Sequence record: MG655269.1
DNA: 64,000 nucleotides
Strand: one strand, 5' to 3'
The position numbers were made by a program, and so were the translations under genes. The notes beneath the pieces were generated by a model, which was not told the origin of the DNA, did no database searches, and was given only the letters and a program-made list of their open reading frames with translations. How positions within the stretch are numbered: the stretch's first letter is position 1; each line of letters begins with the position of its first letter. Positions 60,642 through 64,000 of this stretch are shown piece after piece.

Positions 60642-60783
60642 GAATCTATGTAATAGTATGTAAATTGCCATTTCGATGGCGGCGTACTGTTATGACCGTG
60701 TGTTAGCGCGACACAACCCCCTGTTTATGTACATAGACAGGTAATATCGAAAACTTATATAAGTTATTGAAGGAAACAACGAA
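60642..60783 (+). promoter_or_regulatory. Structured 5' leader and candidate late promoters (TATG) of the capsid gene
   Basis: TATG at 60647, 60657, 60691 and 60726; four consecutive inverted repeats; AAGGA RBS. Confidence 0.55.
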
Positions 60784-63051
60784 ATGGCATTGAAACTTCT
60801 GCATGTAGCTAAAACCGCCGACATGCTGTCACGCATCCAATCTCAGATCAATGGCGGCCATGCATCAGGCGACGCTACCGCGGTTAAAAGCTACGGTATG
60901 GAGTCGCTTGACGGCAACACTCTGGGCGCGCAGGAAACCGCCATCAAAAATGGTATCTCTGTCATTACCGACGTGATCGCTCAGGGCACTGCATCTCAGG
61001 GCCAGAGCTACGCCGGTAACGGTCTGGAAGGTTTCTCTGATGCACAGATCCAAGCGGCATCAATCGCACTGACTATCGGTGGTGACTTCCAGGGTTACAT
61101 CGGTGCACTGAAAAACAACTCTAACCGTGCCATGTCTGCATCTGACCTGAGCCTGGTTTCCGGTAGCCGTTACGGCTCTGCTAACATGAAGCAGGGTTAC
61201 GGTACCGAAGCTTTCGAACAGGCGCAGAGCTTTGTTCCTCAGCAGAACGCAACGGTTGAATACAACCTGAAAGCGGCTAAGCAGGATGCCGTTGGTGAAG
61301 CCTTCTTCCCAACTACTACCCTGACGCCAAACGACATCGGCCTGAGCGTAACTGTGCCGGTTGACATCGTTGAACCTTTCATCAAGCACAAAGCAAATGG
61401 CGAAGTGACGGATTGGCAGCGTAAGAAGCTCATCAACGCAATGCGTGACCCGACCATTCTGCGTAACGACGCGATCAAGCTGATTCCTTATCGTCCACTG
61501 GACGGCAGCAACGACGCACAGTTCGCAGTAGGCGTGCCGAAGTTCAACGAAATTCAGGGCGGCGAAGAAGTACCAACTGGTGCACTGAAGCCTGGTATCA
61601 AAATCGGTTTCATGGGTCTGTGCTCTACTCCGTCTCTGGTTCAGGCCGGCGCGCTGGAAGCATCTGATCAGATCGACACCGGTGCGCGTCTGCAGTACAT
61701 CTGGATCGAAGTAGCTAACGCCTCTGGCACCAAAGAGCTGTTCAAGCTGCGTACTGATCACCTGGATCGTTCTACTTTCCAGAAATCTCAGGAAGGCGAT
61801 AAGTTCGAGACGTCTCTGGACTTCTCTAACATCACCATCGCGCTGAACGACCTGAACAAAACCACCGACAACACCGATTCAGCTCTGCTGGCTCCGTTGG
61901 TGACTTCTGGTCAGCAAGCGATCCTGGCGCTGGATATCAAAGGCACCATGAACCACGAGAAAGGCAGCCTGGTAGTTAACTCGCTGACTAACCCGTCTAT
62001 CATCCGTGTTTACGATACCGTGGCTAAAGAAGATGCGAACACCAAGTCTGGTGCTCTGCGTGACGCAATCGACGCTCTGACGATCACCTTCAAAGGTTAC
62101 TTCGTCCGCGCTAACCTGCGTAACAGCAACTTCCGTACCCGCGAGCAGCGTGTTGACCGCCAGACTTCCGTGTACAAGTACATGGTACAGCTGGGCGCGC
62201 CAATCACTGCTATCGCTCCAGTAACTGACGCATGGGGCCCGAAAGAGTCTATCGCAGTTGAAACCCTGAGCAACGCAACGTATGCACGTAACTCCGCAAT
62301 GGCTATCAGCCGTCTGCTGGACTACGTTGAAACCATCCGTGATGCAGGCGTGACCAACAACGGCCTGTGGCAGCGTTACGATGAGAACAGCATCGAAGGC
62401 GTTGGTAAAGCTGTAGTTGATCCATGGTACGGCGAAGGTAGCTTTGACATCTCTAAAGTTGTCAACGGTGTTAAATCTTCTCAGACCCGCGACGACGTTT
62501 CTGAAAAGATCCTGAACATCCTGCGTACCTACGCATACCGCATGAACGCCGAGTCTGGCTACAACGTTGCACTGCAGATGCTGTACAACGAAGTTCAGCC
62601 AACGCTGGTTATCGCAACCGACAACATCATCGCGCAGTACCTGATGGAAGTTGGTGACCTCCGCACAGCTGGTATCAGCTTCAAAGTGCACGTGGCCACC
62701 ACCAACAACATCGAGATGCGCGGCAAGATCATCATGACCCTGTCTCGTATGAAGTCAGGTGGTCTGGATCTGCTGACGTTCGGTATGCACCTGTGGGTAC
62801 CTGAGATCGTAGCAACTGTTAACGTAATGCGTAACGGTACCTACATCGAAGAAACCATGGTGCAGCCGCGTAACCTGCACGTAGTGGTTTGCCCAATCGT
62901 GGCGAACATCACCATCACCGGTCTGGAAGAAGCGTACACCGGCAAGATCACTGTCCCTGTTGACATCGTGAGCGAGCCTGAGTCTGCTGGTACCCAGGAC
63001 CTGGGTGGTCTGAACACTACTCCGGCAACTACTACCAACCCTGCTGCGTAA
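60784..63051 (+). CDS. Major capsid protein (phiKZ gp120-like)
   Basis: 755 aa; codon bias of a highly expressed gene; propeptide sites YGME, NGLE and YGTE|AF; AAKQDAVGEAFFPT motif; follows DnaB and gp119 as in phiKZ. Confidence 0.92.
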   Translation: MALKLLHVAKTADMLSRIQSQINGGHASGDATAVKSYGMESLDGNTLGAQETAIKNGISVITDVIAQGTASQGQSYAGNGLEGFSDAQIQAASIALTIGGDFQGYIGALKNNSNRAMSASDLSLVSGSRYGSANMKQGYGTEAFEQAQSFVPQQNATVEYNLKAAKQDAVGEAFFPTTTLTPNDIGLSVTVPVDIVEPFIKHKANGEVTDWQRKKLINAMRDPTILRNDAIKLIPYRPLDGSNDAQFAVGVPKFNEIQGGEEVPTGALKPGIKIGFMGLCSTPSLVQAGALEASDQIDTGARLQYIWIEVANASGTKELFKLRTDHLDRSTFQKSQEGDKFETSLDFSNITIALNDLNKTTDNTDSALLAPLVTSGQQAILALDIKGTMNHEKGSLVVNSLTNPSIIRVYDTVAKEDANTKSGALRDAIDALTITFKGYFVRANLRNSNFRTREQRVDRQTSVYKYMVQLGAPITAIAPVTDAWGPKESIAVETLSNATYARNSAMAISRLLDYVETIRDAGVTNNGLWQRYDENSIEGVGKAVVDPWYGEGSFDISKVVNGVKSSQTRDDVSEKILNILRTYAYRMNAESGYNVALQMLYNEVQPTLVIATDNIIAQYLMEVGDLRTAGISFKVHVATTNNIEMRGKIIMTLSRMKSGGLDLLTFGMHLWVPEIVATVNVMRNGTYIEETMVQPRNLHVVVCPIVANITITGLEEAYTGKITVPVDIVSEPESAGTQDLGGLNTTPATTTNPAA

Positions 63052-63078
63052 GCACCAGGCGCGAGAGTAATCCGTAGC

Positions 63079-63118
63079 GCATAAACAGAGGAGGAGCAAT
63101 GCTCCTCCTCTTATGCCG
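63079..63118 (+). terminator. Capsid-gene terminator with TTATGCC tail
   Basis: GCATAAACA-GAGGAGGAGC-AAT-GCTCCTCCTC-TTATGCCG. Confidence 0.82.
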
Positions 63119-63156
63119 TGTGATTTTATAGAGGCACACACCAGGGGCGGATAGTA

Positions 63157-63870
63157 ATGCTTGAATTACTAATGATAGGAAGGAAGAAAGTAACAGGGGG
63201 TGGGATACCTGCGGATCTTGGACCAGGACCTGCCTCCATGCTTGGGTATTACGAGCGACCGGATGGCGGTAACTCAGGGTACTTCGGTACCTTTACTAAT
63301 TTTGTTTCAACAGCCGGGTTATGTCAATCTATCGGGTTAACTGCAGGTTACCAGCAAGTTGAGAATGCCACTTGGCATAAGTTTCTGTTAGATGGTAAGA
63401 TCCTCTTTATACCAACCAACTATATCGTACGTAATCTTCACTGGAATTACATTTATAATGCCGGTGCGGTGTATGGCGATGACAGTTTTGGTGTTTATCA
63501 AAGCCCAACGCCAACAGCACAGAGTGCCAAGCATGTTACCGTGGATGGTCGGGTTTATCGTGTGCGGTTAGTATCTATCTCAAATGGTGATCCGGCTTTG
63601 ACAGGCCAAATCGATAAAACCACCGAATGGGGTCGGTTGATGTATCCGATTGATCCAACGGTAGACGCTAGCAATACTGAGGCGGGTAAGAAATGGGGTA
63701 ACGTGGGACTACTTTTGGGTTCAACGCAGATTCTGGCAAAGGAGACCTACGCCAGCACACCTGCTAGTAGCCTGGTTGTGGTTACGAATTCTACGACGCG
63801 CTCCGCTCAATCTAAATCATCCGCACCCAGTAACTGCACCTGGCGTCCGATTCTTGAACTTGTGCAGTAA
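63157..63870 (+). CDS. Putative virion structural protein (paralog family common in these phages)
   Basis: Starts MLELLM; GYFG...GLTAG...WHKFLLDGKILFIP; ends WRPILELV. Confidence 0.65.
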   Translation: MLELLMIGRKKVTGGGIPADLGPGPASMLGYYERPDGGNSGYFGTFTNFVSTAGLCQSIGLTAGYQQVENATWHKFLLDGKILFIPTNYIVRNLHWNYIYNAGAVYGDDSFGVYQSPTPTAQSAKHVTVDGRVYRVRLVSISNGDPALTGQIDKTTEWGRLMYPIDPTVDASNTEAGKKWGNVGLLLGSTQILAKETYASTPASSLVVVTNSTTRSAQSKSSAPSNCTWRPILELVQ

Positions 63871-63875
63871 GCTCT

Positions 63876-63906
63876 AAGAGGAAGGCTCCGGCCTCCTCTT
63901 ATGCCG
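63876..63906 (+). terminator. Hairpin with ATGCCG tail
   Basis: AAGAGGAAGGC-TCCG-GCCTCCTCTT followed by ATGCCG. Confidence 0.75.
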
Positions 63907-63911
63907 ATCTG

Positions 63912-63934
63912 AAAGAATTACAGACCTACATTAC
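63912..63934 (+). promoter_or_regulatory. Candidate early promoter
   Basis: AAAGAATTACAGACCTACATTAC; best match to the recurring motif. Confidence 0.6.
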
Positions 63935-64000
63935 TAACTAGATGTAACAGCGACGCTAGTGTTTAGTTGAAGCCTTACATCTATGTGGAGTTAGGCGCGT

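Noticed and set aside
61060-62691. Long antisense ORFs inside the capsid gene
   Set aside because: Expected by-product of biased codon usage in a highly expressed gene.

Overview
This window is a 64 kb segment of a phiKZ-like jumbo myophage (Chimalliviridae-type, probably infecting an enterobacterium). It uses the standard genetic code and is densely coding. Recognisable core genes in order: the C-terminal part of an SF2 helicase, a virion RNA polymerase beta' C-terminal subunit, one half of a split family-B DNA polymerase, a large cluster of head/inner-body proteins with prohead-protease motifs ((A/S/G)-x-E), baseplate- and neck-like genes, a collagen-like fibre module, thymidylate kinase, a DnaB-like helicase and the major capsid protein. 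Two accessory blocks of small, mostly unknown genes (0.7-8.5 kb and 13.9-18.9 kb) lie between the core genes. The main observations are: (1) a candidate -1 programmed frameshift at GGGTTTTTTTT joining a 539-aa gene to a downstream ORF with no convincing start, resembling tail-assembly-chaperone G/GT pairs; (2) a short N-terminal L-x-x-G-x-E|(A/G)F leader shared by head proteins, which recurs inside a 780-aa possible polyprotein; (3) a beads-on-a-string collagen fibre ending in a T4 foldon-like motif; (4) a DUF2829/Tad2-like candidate anti-defence sponge; (5) a virion-cluster HExxH metalloprotease; (6) a family of intergenic hairpins followed by TATGCC rather than poly-T. I found no tRNA, rRNA, CRISPR array, intein or transposase. 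Family and phiKZ gene-number assignments come from motif recall and gene order, not from database searches.
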